Source: Mobula hypostoma (Eukaryota). Taken from it: DNA of 64,000 bases. The stretch lies in NCBI RefSeq assembly GCF_963921235.1, contig NC_086097.1, positions 162,318,001 through 162,382,000 on the forward strand, in the 5' to 3' direction. Every line of letters starts with the position of its first letter. The stretch's first letter is position 1. The position numbers were made by a program, and so were the translations under genes. Of this stretch, positions 63,500-64,000 are shown one piece after another. The notes beneath the pieces were generated by a model. It did not search any database, was not told the DNA's origin, and saw only the letters and a program-made list of their open reading frames with translations.

Positions 63500-64000
63500 T
63501 TCTGTTCCTGAGAATCTACCTGATGACTGAAGCATGAGATCATCCTGACAGCACAGCAGTCATGTAGAGCATGGAGGAGCGAAACAAACCCCTTTAAATT
63601 AAATGGTTTGTAGGTGGAAATGAACCTGATGCGTTTGATAACCATACTCTTAGTCTTCAGACCTGTCAAAAATAGGTAGGAGAATGCAAGGTATTGAAGT
63701 TTGCCGATGACATTAAAAGGGTCACAAGGGAATGTTGTGCTGACAGTATTGCAGCTCAGCAATGAATTGAAGATGCATTGATTAAATGGGTGAGAACTTG
63801 ACAAATGGAGTTTAATGTGGTAATGTTTGAGATCATGACCTTCAGTAAGAGGTAGCAGAAGGCAGATTACTCTGAATGGAGACTGCTTGGTGTATTGTGC
63901 CAGTGCAGCCAGTAGTTAAGGCAATTTGCATATTGGACTTTGTTGCAAGCGGGTTACAGTTTAGAAGTGGGCAAGTTTTGTTACAAATGTACAGTTTGTT
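63500..64000 (+). mobile_element. Old CR1 LINE fragment
   Basis: AAGTTTGCCGATGACA (KFADD) and CAAATGGAGTTTAATGTG (QMEFNV) remnants. Confidence 0.65.

Overview
Vertebrate genomic DNA; the repeat content (V-SINEs, CR1-clade LINEs, Penelope elements) suggests a cartilaginous fish such as a ray or shark, which is an inference. The window holds the CpG-island promoter and coding exons 1-9 of an Argonaute-2 (AGO2) gene on the + strand (8770-56162; 381 codons; N, L1, PAZ and start of L2; the rest lies beyond the window). Introns and upstream DNA are packed with transposons: an intact full-length LINE-1 (49942-55855, 14-bp TSD, both ORFs open) in sense orientation just before exon 9, decayed L1s, many CR1 fragments, a Rex1/Babar LINE, Penelope-like elements with minimal hammerhead ribozyme motifs, several pogo/Tigger elements, a Tc1, a Helitron and SINEs. 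Most notable: (1) a Tigger-like element whose interior is an ITS2-28S rDNA fragment; (2) the intact L1, whose 5' terminus is complementary to a motif in its own inter-ORF spacer; (3) Penelope insertions whose ends or fold-back points fall on the hammerhead motif, including a long inverted repeat in intron 1; (4) Val at the position of human AGO2 Met47. Everything was read by eye; repeat boundaries without a TSD or TIR are approximate.
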